From positions 62,001 through 126,000 of the forward strand of contig CDMY01000456.1 of NCBI GenBank assembly GCA_001179505.1: a stretch of DNA of 64,000 nucleotides. The letters run 5' to 3'. Shown in pieces: positions 15,148 through 26,969 of this stretch; positions within the stretch are counted from its first letter, which is position 1, and each line of letters starts with the position of its first letter. A program made the translations under genes and the position numbers. The DNA is from Vitrella brassicaformis CCMP3155 (Eukaryota; Protista; Chromerida). The notes beneath the pieces were generated by a model. It was not told where the DNA came from and made no database searches. It saw nothing but the letters and a program-made list of their open reading frames with translations.

Positions 15148-17306
15148 TCAGTATCTTGGTCGGAAGATGGGCACGATCTCCTCAGTGTGCTCCTTGCGGC
15201 CCATGCTGATTGATGACGGACACATACACACGAGACAGGCAAACAGACAGGGGTGTCTCGTGTGTGTATGCCGCTCATCGAGTCAAGTCCCCCGCCCACA
15301 CCACACAGCCCAGCCCACCCAATGCATTGCCCACCTGATCATGTCAGCTATCCACACGATGTTCCGGATCTCCTGCTCTCGCAGCTTCACCCACGAGTAG
15401 AACACACCTGCACACACACACACATAGATGGGATGGATACTTCATGTGACTGCGATGGCAGTGCCGTGTGTGGTGTGCCATGTCCGTACCGTAGTGGAAC
15501 TGTTGTTCGAAGGCGAATTCACACAGCTCGACCTCCTTCTCGTAGATGAGGTCCTCGAGCGACTTGAGCTGCTTGATGTCAGTCACGCCAGAACGCTCCT
15601 ACATCACACACACATCCACACAGCACACCCACATCCACACACACGACCGATCGCCATCCCCCGTCCCTCTCTGCCTGCTGGTCTGGTTCCTTCCTTCGTT
15701 CCTACCTTTGAGTAGTAGGGTGCACAGAGGTCGAAGAGTGCTGCGTATGGCTTGTATGGCTCGAGTGCGGCCCTGACAGTGGTCTCGTTCCAGGCCTTGC
15801 GGATGCGGTCGGTGCCCTCGGGGTAGAGGTAACCCAAACTCGGATACAGCAGGTTGCGGTCACCCAACTGACCATAGTCATGCACAGAACACACACATGA
15901 CACACACACAGGATGGATGAATGGATGTGTGTGTGTGTGTGTGCGTGCCTGTTGCGATGATCCGAGCATGGTGTTGAGCGAGTTGAGCGTCACAGACATG
16001 ACGCGAAAATCCGAATTCGTCTGTGTGGATGCACACATTGACATGTTGGCCATAGCATATCGATGCACGCATTCATGCCACACATCTTCGTTTATATGCT
16101 GCTCATCTGTGTGTGTGTGTGTGTGTGCGTGTAAGGATGTACCTTGAGTATGTGCCCCATGACCTCAGCGGTGCTGCCGCCCAGTGTCTCGCAGAAGGCG
16201 TTGAAGTCCTCAAGCCACGCCTTCTTCAGCATGTTCTTCATCAACTCTAAGCACACATACACACATGGACGAGGGAGGGATTGTCGACCTGTGCGTGTCG
16301 CTTTCTCTCTCCCTCTCTCTGTGTGTGTACCTAGGTCCGTTTCGTTGAATATGGATGCCACCTCCTGCATCGACCGGCTCTCAGAGTCCGCGGGCGTCAC
16401 CTGCTTCAAAAACGACTCGAAATACGGCCCTGCACATGTTGACGAACACACACATTGGGGTTGTGAGACGCGTGTGTCATCGGGTGCTGGTGGGTTTGTT
16501 TACCGACTGGCGTGTCGATGAGGAGCGTTTTGTAGATCTCTTCGTATCCGCTGGTGATGTCCATGCTGGCGATGGCCTTCATCTCGGGGAACCATCCAAG
16601 CGGGTCAACGCGACCCAACAAATCCTGCAGACACAGCAGCACACCACCCATGGGTGGGCAGGTTGCTTGGTTGCTTGGTGTTCCGCCCTTCTCTCCCGCT
16701 CTGTCTGTCGCTGGCTGACCTGCGGGCTCTTCTTGTTGACAGTCCCCTGGATGAGCCCGACAACATTGTCAATCATCTTCTCCACCCTGTTGAGTCCAGT
16801 CCATCCACACACGCCACACCACATGACACCATACGTCCGTCACATGACATACGCTCCCCTTTCCCCATTCCTGTCTGTCTGTACTGTGGCTCTCCACATA
16901 CGTGAGGAAGTCGAGGAATTTGCTGAGAGGGTAGTTGGCCTGCGACCGGAGGTGCCGGAACTCGTTGGCGAGCTTCTCGCGGCACTTTTGGCCGATGACT
17001 GTGCTGGGGATGGGGCTGGGCTCGTCCTGCAGAAACATGCCGTAGTCGGTCTCCTCCAACGCCAGCTTCATGTCTGTTGATGCATCACCACACAGGCAGA
17101 CAGACAGCCCAGCAGACAAACATTGAGACAGCCAGTCGTCTTATTGCCCCCGCCCCTTCCTCTTTGTGGTCTGTTTGGTCCTTACCGTCGATAGACTCGC
17201 ATTGTGCCAGCCGGCGGTACTCATCGGCTGAGAGGAAGCCGCTCCTCAGGCCACGAACAAGGGCCTCCAGGTACCCGTCCTTCACGTTGAAGAAACTCAA
17301 CTCCAT
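15148..17306 (-). CDS. VMA6: V-type proton ATPase V0 subunit d
   Basis: [82 protein letters not shown]: canonical subunit d (AC39) motifs across about 10 exons. Confidence 0.95.
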
Positions 17307-17532
17307 ACTGTCCTCAGAATCAACGTGAAGGTGAGAAGAGGACCTCGGGAAAACTGCGAGCCGGGGTTTTGTGGCGAGCTTTAAGGCAGAATTGGATTGC
17401 GTCTTTGGGAGGCTTCTGTAAGGACAGCGCGTCAGCGGCTCGTCCTGTGTGTCAAGAAGTCCGGCTTGCAGTGAGGCTGAACGGCTATGTTTCGTTCCGC
17501 CTCTCAACTGCACTGAGAGATCAGATTCAGCG

Positions 17533-18719
17533 ATGGCTCTGCTTCTACTCCTGATCATTGCTACGACCTGTGCTGGTAAGCCACCCAAATGGCCTGCATG
17601 CACGGCGAGTGAGGCAGCCGAATCGATTTGCACCCACAATCTGTGTCTTGTGTCCTGTCTGTAGACGCCCGCAGCAAGAAGGAACGTTGGCATTATTCAT
17701 CAAGACACAAGGGGATTCTTACGGCACCGTCCAAAGCAGATGACCCCCTGATGGATGCCACTCTTGTCGAGCAGCAAATGAAAAGCCGAGGGCTATACGA
17801 GCAACAGATTCGGCCCGACCCCACCACAGGCGTGCCCCATGTCGTATGGACGTTTTGGTTTGGCAAGCCCATGGTCGGCAAGCGGCTCGAGAGCTTCCGC
17901 ATGATCCAGGAGAACATCGGGGTGCCTGTGATGCTTGTGACGGAGACGAACCTGCCGCTGTGTAACTTATCTCACTTCCCCATCCACTCGGCTTTCCCCT
18001 ACCTGTCGGGCCTTCACAAGAGCGACTACCTCAGATCCTACTTCATGCACTTTTTTGGTGGTACGGAGAAGGAGAAAAATGATTTATCATTTCGTTGGTG
18101 GCTTGATGTTCTCCTGCAGGCGGCTACCACGACATCAAGCCCGAGACGCACTCATGGGCTGACAAATTCAACGAGCTCCACGACTCGAACGTCTGGCTGT
18201 ATGGCGTTGCTGAGACAAAGGGTGGTGTAGCTTGCGATGAAGGCTTCTGCGTGAAAGAGCTGTGCACCACCACACCCGCGTCATGGTGCTCTCAAAACAA
18301 CTGCTGCCGCACTCTCACGAACGACGAATATGCGAAACTGGTCGTGAACTGCGAATGGATTATGCGCCCTCGAACTGAGATGACTCGCATCTGGATCGAG
18401 GCCGTCAAGAACGACCTCGATCAGCAAATCGACAATCTCAAAGCCCATCCAGCTCCCTTTCCGAGATGCTGCCAGCACGGAGAGAACAACTACCCTTTGG
18501 CTTGGGCGCAATTACAGGGCCAGAAGTTCCACCCGCTGCAGTACAAATTCCTGAAGCACATCAAACAAGGTGAGTGACTGGGCCTTCCCGCTGGATTGTC
18601 TGATCCCTTCTCGTCTCTCTCTACCACTCTTCATTGTAGGTCTTCTTCCCTGGGAAAAAGGCGGAGAATATTTTGGTGAGAATGAGTACGTTGCCGAGAA
18701 TGTCTCTAGATCGATGTGA
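17533..18719 (+). CDS. Secretory-pathway glycosyltransferase-like protein (capsular polysaccharide synthesis / GT32-like, DXD-type)
   Basis: Signal peptide MALLLLLIIATTCA; VWTFWFG; HSAFPYLSGLHKSDYLRSYFMHFFGGGYHDIK; MRPRT...W; YPLAWAQLQGQKFHPL. Four exons, intact frame. Confidence 0.65.
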
Positions 18720-19039
18720 TGTATTCCACGTGACATAGCGAGGGCGTGATGCATCCGGTCTCATGTGTGTGTCTCTGAATTGCTGCTCGAATGGGGGTGG
18801 GATGGCTTCGACGGGGCATGATGAGTGAGACGTAACACGAGATGGTGCATCAGTGGCCAGTCAGGTGTACATGTCTGTCCAGCAGACCTGATATGCATGC
18901 ACGCAGACACTCTGTCTCGATTCTGACCTGGTACGGTGGCTGTCTGAACAGTGAAACACACATGATTGAATTTGTTATGTATGTATGTGCCGCGTCCCTG
19001 TGGCTGCAGTGGCGAGCATGATCTAAAGGCCGGCCATCC

Positions 19040-19515
19040 ATGCCAGGCGGCGCTGTGTGTGCGGCTGTCATCGCCCTGTGGTGGTGCGCCACCTATTGGG
19101 CCGCAGATCTGACGCACGAGGGCCACAAAGGAGGACAGGTACGCATGGCAAGCGACCACCGATGAGTGCCCACTGCCAGAAACCACTGCAAACATGGCTC
19201 TCTTGTTCTCTGTGTGTTGCAGGGGTATCGAGTGGCGCTTCTAAGCCGCAGCCGCAGCAATGCCACGTACCGCAGCCATCTGCACAGCCGCCATGCCCTC
19301 AAGGTCCACAGACACGGCCTCGTGCAGACGCAGCGAGTGGCGGTGACAGACCCAGGAGTTCACTCACAGAGGGAGACGCACAGACGCGCACACCGCACAT
19401 GGCGACATGCTCGTCCACTCAGTTGATCAGCGTCACGGACGTTTGCCCACAGGAGGCTGTGTGCGCTTGCGACTTCGACACTGGTGGCGACTCGTGGTCT
19501 CGTGTCTTTGATTGA
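19040..19515 (+). CDS. Possible small secreted or membrane-anchored hypothetical protein
   Basis: MPGGAVCAAVIALWWCATYW followed by GT..AG-bounded exons (GYRVALLSRSRSNATY...). The 3' end is uncertain. Confidence 0.3.
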
Positions 19516-19891
19516 CCAAACTCGTGCATGTATTGAATTTGTCTTGGTTGAATAGTCTCTGTGGCTTGGCCAGCCCTGGTGGTGGTATTCATCATGGAGC
19601 GGAATGGGCCCATCGGCGGGGGCGGGCGTCATGAATGTGCCAAAAGGAGGGATTAGTTGAGTGATAAAGTACCACACATCTATCGGATAGAGGAACAGAC
19701 ATGTCTGTCTGTCCACACATACACACAATCGATGCACACATTTCCAACCAGCACTCAAAGCAGCCCAGCCAGCTGTCTCCCTCCCTCCCTGGCTCTCCTC
19801 CCGTCCGTCAGTCACATCATTGTCTGTCTGCCTGTCTGTCTGTCTGTCTGAGTGTCTGTGTCCATCATGGGGATTGATCAACAGTGATCAG

Positions 19892-21514
19892 TCAGTCGTC
19901 ATATTCGCAGACTTCGTCGAAGGTCAGCTTGAGGGTCACCTTCCCATCGCCATCAGGGGAACGCACACGAACCACAACCAAGTTTCTATGAGATGAATGA
20001 GAACACACACACACACAGGGGGAGGCATTATATAGGTGTTTGTTTCGCGATGTTCGGGTGCTTCTGTCCACTGTCGTCACTCACCTCCCAGAGTCCCGCT
20101 CAACCACTTCAGCCGACCGACCTGTCAGTCAATCCACACACACACGCACACACACACACACACACGCACACACACACACACACACGAGGCCATGCAATGC
20201 AATGAGTGTGGGAGTCAGGCTTGCATTCGACGTACCCATGTAGATCTTCCTTTTGTCCTCTTGGCTGACGATCTTGACCGTAGTGCAGTCCCTGCCCACC
20301 ACCGTCTCGAGCTGCTTCTCGGACGCGTCCACCTTCTTGCCGCTACCCTGCAGCTGCACCCGTGTCCACACACGACCTCCCTCCTCCCACACAGACAAAA
20401 CACGACCTGCGACACGACAAACAACAAGAGAAACGAACGAGATCAATCAATGCATCCGTCCGTCTCTCTGTCTTCCCTCGCTCACTCACTTACCCTTCTC
20501 CCGATAGTTGGGATGTTTCTGACTTGCAATTTTGACGACCAGGCCCTTGAGCAGCCAGGTGGCCAACCGCCCCTCCCCACCCTCCCCTTCGATGCCTCCG
20601 TCCCTGCTGGTCGGCACGCCGTTGGAGTCCTGCGATGGTGACGGGGATGCGGTCGGCGGCAAGGCGGGGCCGTGCACCACCTCCATCTCGCTCACCGCCT
20701 CGGCCGCTGGGGGTGGCTGATCGGCGTCCTCAGATGCCTCGAACCGCTCCTCTGATGCACCAAGCACCTGACAGAGGCAACAGTCGCCATGGACGCAGGT
20801 ATGGATTCTGTCTGTGTGTGTCTGTGTGAGGATGTGATGTGCTGACGCACTTACCTTGACCTTCTTGGCTGCTGGCGGGGCATTCTCGCCCGGCAGCCCA
20901 ATGTTGGCGCCCAGCCCCGCCTTATCGAACGCCCGTTTCTTGAGCTCCAGCGGCTTGGTCGTGTGCAGCTTGGGGTCGTAGCCCATCCCCAACAGCATGG
21001 CCATGCCGAACTGCTCTATCGGCACCGACTCATACGAGCCCAGCCGCACCTCGGGCAGCATCGCCATCTCGCGCTTCAGCTGGTCCTTCTCGGATAACCC
21101 CGCCTTCCGCAGCTCAGCAAGGTGGGTGTTGCGGGCGAGAATGGGGACGGGGAGCGACGCGTCATCAGCCGACACCTCGCCCTTGGCCTCCTTGACGAGA
21201 GCGTCGGCCGCCTCGCCAAACTCGGACTTGACCATGACAACGTCCCTCCTCTCCTGAGGCTCTTGCTTTGCAAGACCACCAGCCGTCCTCTTGGGCATCG
21301 GCCTGAGGGTGTTCTTGCAGGGGATGATCAAATGGCCGGGCACAGGCGCCTTGTCTTTGTCTTCGAACTCGCCTGAGGCGTCCACCGAGAGGATAACTCG
21401 CCTGTCGTCCTTGGCGGCGGCCTCTGGTGGCTGGACGGGCGCGGGAGGTGGACGCTCGGGCTTCTTGGACGCCTTGACCGAGAAGGAAAACTTCGGGCGA
21501 CTGCTGTCGGCCAT
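19892..21514 (-). CDS. SPP2: Spp2/MOS2/GPKOW-like G-patch and KOW spliceosomal protein
   Basis: YESVPIEQFGMAMLLGMGYDP...RAFDKAGLGA is a Spp2-type G-patch. C-terminal WLLKGLVVKI and QLETVV match the KOW region. Confidence 0.85.
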
Positions 21515-21727
21515 GTCTACCACCGAAACAAACCCTTGCGTGACTGCTGACAGTAGCGTCAAATATCTACACGAGGGAACGCTCTGTGTCCTCCTCGCTA
21601 AGCTCGCAGATGCCAAGCTCGCAGACTTCGCCACAGAGGAAGAGAAAAAGAAAAGGAGACGTCATGTGTGGACTGTGTGGACGACAATCAGTGCAGATCT
21701 TTTGATCTTTCAACCCTGAGCCGCCAT

Positions 21728-24700
21728 ATGGCAGCCCGAGCATCCAGCAGGAGCCTCGTCGCCGCTGCCCCGAGCGAGGCACCAACTAGCGCAGCCCGTT
21801 CATCCTGCCTCTTCAACGGCAATGGTTTCGCCATCTTCATTCAGACACGAGGCTTCGAGCCGCCATGTAAGTCCAGATCAGCTGCAGACAGGCTCATGCA
21901 CTGCGCTTCTTTCTCCCTTCTGTCTGTGTGTCTTTGGGTGTGTGCTGTGCAGCGAAGCGGACGTGGTCGAAGCAGCACTTCAAGATCAAGTTCCCCCGTC
22001 CCCTGGTGGATCCTTTCGCCATGCACGCGCTGCACCCCATTAAGGAGTGGTGGCGGGAGAGGAAGCTCAGGCCCGACACCTTCATGGGCTTCCCTGACGT
22101 CACCAAGATCGCCCTCAGAGGCGGCAGCATCTACCATGAGAGAATGGACCCTGTCACGCTGTCTGTGGTGAGTGAACGCACAGGAAGAAAGAAAGTGGCG
22201 TGAGTGAGGTGTGTTGGTTGGATGTCCCTTGGTCGTGGGTGTGGGCGCAGATAACGGACAAGTGTGTGCAGGAGAATCTGACGGACGAGGAGATCTGGTC
22301 CAAACTGTGCCAGCGGGCCCAGCAGATCGTCAACCAGACTTACGAGCCTGACCTGGGTAAGCCACACTGCAGCAGACTGACAGTCACACACAAACACAAC
22401 ACATCCCGAGTGAGTGCATCTGTGTGTGTGTGTGTGTCGTGACTGACAGGTTTCATCTACCGTGCCCATGCGCAGATCGACTGGTACGACCAGTACTTCG
22501 TCACGAGCTACCTGGGCCGCATCCACAGGCGGCTGCACATGTTCCAGCTCACCGACTGCGCACTCATTGTCGAGGCCATGGCAAACCCAAAATTCTACAA
22601 CGACAAGTGAGCAGATGAGACGAGATCAAGACGGTTCGGAGAGAGGAGAGCCAAGCAACTATCATATCTGTGAGTGTGTGTGTGTCGTGTGTGTGTGTGC
22701 GAAGGTATCTGGAGATGATCCTGGATCACATGGACATCTTGCTGACGCACCGGGATGACTTTCAAGTGCAACACTTGGCGACGGTCCTCCACAGCCTCAA
22801 GATATGCAACGTGCCGGAACAACGTGTCATCCATCCCATAAGTACGTCTGTCTGTCTGTCTGTTGATCCGTCAGCCAGTCCACTCAGCAACCAACGAGCA
22901 ACACGCCATGCCATCTGTTCTGTCTCTCTTTCTGTTCGTTCATCGAAAAGGCGCATGGATGCTCAAGCGTGACCTGTCATCCCTGCACCCCTCGGCCATG
23001 GCCAACACTCTCGAAGCTCTGGGCGCCCTTGTGCCACATGAGGCCGACAGAGACCTGGCGTGGTCGCTCACACGCGAGCTGCGGCCCAAGCTGGATGAGT
23101 GCTCTGCCCACGACCTCGTCAAGGTTGCCGGCGCCGTGGCGGACATGCACCTCGACAACCAGACCTTCATCGAGAACGTCATGGCCAGGTGCGTGCGGCG
23201 GCGGGCTGGAAGCACCGTGTATCATCGCATGGGTGCACAGCACAGGTGTGTGTTGGCATTTTATTGTCCACCAGGCTGATCCCTCATCGTCACAAGCTGT
23301 CCGCCGAGGAGGTGGCATCGGCCACGTATGCCTTCGCCAGGTGCAACAAAAGGTTCAGAGGGCTCTACGCGGAGCTGGCCATCGGTACGGGAGGGAGCGA
23401 GGGAGTTCCCGGCCGCCAACTTCTTTCTGGTTTTCGCAGGTGTTCGCGAGACCATCGATGACATGACCGCCACGGACCTGAGCAAAGCCACATTCGGCTT
23501 CCTTTCTGCCGACAGAGAAGCCAAAACCGTGGAGGTCAGCCAGCCCAACCAGCCAGCAAAGAGGGAGGGAAGGAAGGAAAGCAGCACCAACACACATGTG
23601 TGTAATCAGGATATGTTGGTGCCGAAGATTCGTTCGTGTCTGGGTGACTTTGAGATGGAGCACCTGACGCTGCTCTTCGACGCCTGCAGCCGTGCGAGGG
23701 AGACGGTGAGGGGCGTCGATGTGCTGGCCGGCCTGGCGCTACGACACATACACAGACAGCTGCCTACCGCCACACCCAGCCAGCTCGCCACTCTCGTGGT
23801 CAGCCAGGCAGCCAGCAAGGACGAGACGAACGCTCGGCTCCTGAAGCACACACACGCTGCTTGTTTGCATGGTGTGCGGTTTCTTTCTGTGTGCGTGTCC
23901 TGTCTGTCCACCGCAGCGAAGTGCTGCGTACCTGCAGCCGGAGGCGTCAGAGGTGCTGACGGACACCTTCACACACGCAGCCAAGGTGGGGAGGGGAGCC
24001 AGCAGGCGCCGCCCGCATACGTACACAGCCATGCATCCAGGCCAGGCCCTGGCCTGCACGTGACGTGACGTGACGTGTATCCTGTCTGTCCCGTCCTCCT
24101 CTGTCTGTCTCAGCACCTGCCAGAGTACTCAGAGTTCCAGCTGGGCAAGATGTTTCTGGGTGTGGGCGCGCAAGACCCCTCTCACCTGCCCGCCCGTGAG
24201 TCTCTGATGGACCAGCTGGTTGCCGAGGCGCCCCGTGTGCTCCAGACAGCCACCGCAGGCACTGTGCTCCAAATGGTGACAGCACTTGCCAGGTGTGGAC
24301 CTGCTGACTCCCTGCCTCCCTCCCTCCCCGCTCATAGACATCCATGTGTGTGTGTGTGTGTGCGTAGGTTTCCCCCAGAGTATGTCTCGAGGCAGCCCTC
24401 CTTCCTGACCGAGTGCACCTCTGCGCTTCGCGGGACGGTCCACAGTTTGGCGGCCCCCGGGCTGGTGGCCCTCTCCCGCGCCCTCTGGCGCCTCAACTGC
24501 ACCGACCGACCGCTGTTCGACAAAATCGGCTACCAGCTGGAAATGAAGAGGTCCGTCTGGCCGATCGTTCGTTATGTAGGGCACCTTCCTTCACATGGTG
24601 CATGTTTGTTTGTGTGTGTGTGCAGGTATGACCTGCCCGATGGCGAGTTGGAGCGTGCTGCAGAGGCTTTCGACGGGTTAGGACTCCGTCGGAGGTTTCA

Positions 24701-24881
24701 GCTTGAGCCGCCCAGGGCGGTGCAGCAGGCCAGGCAAGGCCGATATGAAAAGCAAAGAGGCAGGAAGGCCAGAATGGCTGGTGGCGAGGCGGCCACGGGT
24801 GTGATGGATGGTAGGGAGGGAGGGGAGGATAGGCAGCCAGGAGAGGGGAGGGGGGAGGGAACAACTCAGGCAGTGTTCTGA
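21728..24881 (+). CDS. Organelle-targeted alpha-helical repeat protein (HPR/RAP/FASTK-like RNA-binding type)
   Basis: Ser/Ala/Arg-rich N-terminus. About 12 exons encode degenerate roughly 35-38 aa units such as LSAEEVASATYAFAR, MTATDLSKATFGF, FEMEHLTLLFDACSR and LAAPGLVALSRALWRLNCTDRPLFDKI. Confidence 0.6.
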
Positions 24882-25752
24882 CCTATGTATGTATGTATGT
24901 GATGCGTCCATCGGCGTGATGTGAAGTGGTGTGATCTGGTTGGTGAGTATTGTGTGCACGAACCTCGTGCACAGAGTAGGCCACGCCGTGACGTTTGGCT
25001 TCATTATCTATGTGTTCAAGTAATAGAACGAACAATACAAATATGTAACTGGCGTGTACAAGGTGGCCGTTGAACAGAGCCTCTCAGTTTGCAGTGGAAT
25101 GACATCGGCCACCAGAGAGAGACCAAAGCCAACCACAGCTCACAACGCATAACACACCGACTCGCTACCCTCCCGCACATGTAGGCGGTCCATCCACCAG
25201 TCCCATCATCATGGCCCGGGCCCTCACAGAGAGCAAAAAGCGACGCAGAGTGCTGTGCAGAGTCTCACTATCAACAAGCTGTACGTCTCTCCGACGCCTT
25301 TCCCCCTTCTCAGGACTACCATCAAAAAGGCAAAAAAAATGAGGTGAGCCACGACCCATATGTGTTTGTATAGGAAGGATGACAAGACGCACGTCCACAA
25401 GCCACCATACACGGCTGTGATTGGTTGGATCATCACATATCATTACACAGTTGGATGGCAGAGAGCAAAAAGCGCCGCAGCGCGCCAGAGACCGATGGAA
25501 AGACTGCTGGCCCGTCTGGCCAAGCAGACCAAGGCATACACACATGCAAGCTCCTGTCATCCCTCACTCGCACCAAACTGTCTGTCTGTCTATCTGACGC
25601 CTCCCTCTCTAGTGCCGTCCTCATGGAAAAAGGTGTGCCAAACGTGAATACCACCAAAAACACCCGCATATGTATAGGGAAGGATGACAAACAAGAGGCC
25701 CACCCGCCCCCTCACTCACTCATGTGTGCCATCACATAAATGTGAGAACGGA

Positions 25753-26526
25753 TCAGCAGCTGCCGCAGCAACGATGTCCGCAACTGCCGCCGCCAATGCA
25801 CCCCACCTCATATTTCTGAAACAAACAAGTATCCCCACAACAGGCGGACATGGACGAATGGATTGTACGGATGGATGGGGCGTGCTCATCTGTCTGTCTG
25901 TCTGGCTGGCTGGAAGCCCCTCTCTTTTTCTTGACGTACCTGGTAGCCGCCCTCGCACCCGACGTATTCGTTCCAGTGGCCCAACAGGCAGCTGTCGCAC
26001 ATGTCGTAATCGTGGCACGTTTTTTTGCAGCCCTGAAGCTGACGGTGGTCGCCGCCAGCAGCAGAGGGCTCCTCTTCGTAGTCGGTGGTGGCAGTGTGGT
26101 TGTCGTGAAGGTAGTCGCCGTAGTAGTGTGGGCCTTGGTAGGGGGACAGCCGGCGGTAGTCACTGTTGGTGTCATTCTCCCTCTGAAGGTGGGCAGGCAG
26201 CTGCTGGAGCCGGCGGCGGCGCAATCCCTCAGAGCAGCCCGAAGCGCACTCACTCCTGCACGCGGCCGTGCACTCGTCCCCTTGGCCCAACTCAGAGCAG
26301 AAAGCCTCGCAGTAATTCTTGCAGATCTCTACGCACAGTGCCTCGCCGCCCTGCAGCTGCCTGTGGGCCTCTCTCTCCTGCACACCTGCAGCCAGAGGGA
26401 GGACAAACATACCATCGTTCGTGTGTGTGTGTGTGTGTGTGTACCTCTCATGGCGGGATTTGCTGCTGATGCGATGGCAAGGGCCATGAAGGCCATGAGG
26501 GCGACCACCGAAGTGCGAGGGGCCAT
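25753..26526 (-). CDS. Secreted 196-aa Cys-rich precursor with two disulfide modules and four RxL motifs
   Basis: Exons 26526-26445, 26385-25940 and 25815-25753 join in frame (591 nt). Signal peptide MAPRTSVVALMAFMALAIASA. Modules of 8 and 10 Cys, each preceded by HRQLQG. Confidence 0.8.
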
Positions 26527-26969
26527 TGTAGCTGCACGAGGGGCTGACCAAGTGGAGTGCTGAGGGAGTCAGACGGCGCGAAGGGAAGGTGCGAGGAGTG
26601 AACACAATTAAGCTGAGGAAGGAAGGCAGGCTGCTTGAGTGAGGTCGGTGTGCGATGAATTGTTTCCGCCTTTGAGCCCCTGCTGGTGCGGTAGACAGCA
26701 CGGGAGAGGACTCATGCTGTCTTATCGTGCGGTCTCTCGTGAAACAACTCTCCTATCCATCGGATTGGGACCAGCGAGCTCATGCGGAGAGAAAGGGGGG
26801 AGAAAGGAGAAAAGAGGACGGACAAGGAAGGCTGCCAGGCCGTTCCCAGCATCCCTCCAGACTCATTGGGTTGAGTAAATGCAGACGTACAGAGTTTCCC
26901 TTCTCACGCACACATGACGTGCGGTCCACCCACCTTTTTCACATACCCGACGGTGTTAGAGGCTGCGGG

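Noticed and set aside
18120-18260. Suspected frameshift in the glycosyltransferase
   Set aside because: Re-reading shows AAG CCC GAG ACG CAC TCA TGG in frame; the ORF track simply shows another frame.
25850-26563. 237-aa hydrophobic plus-strand ORF resembling a membrane protein
   Set aside because: It is the reverse complement of the Cys-rich precursor, whose signal peptide, splice sites and Cys pattern are far more coherent.
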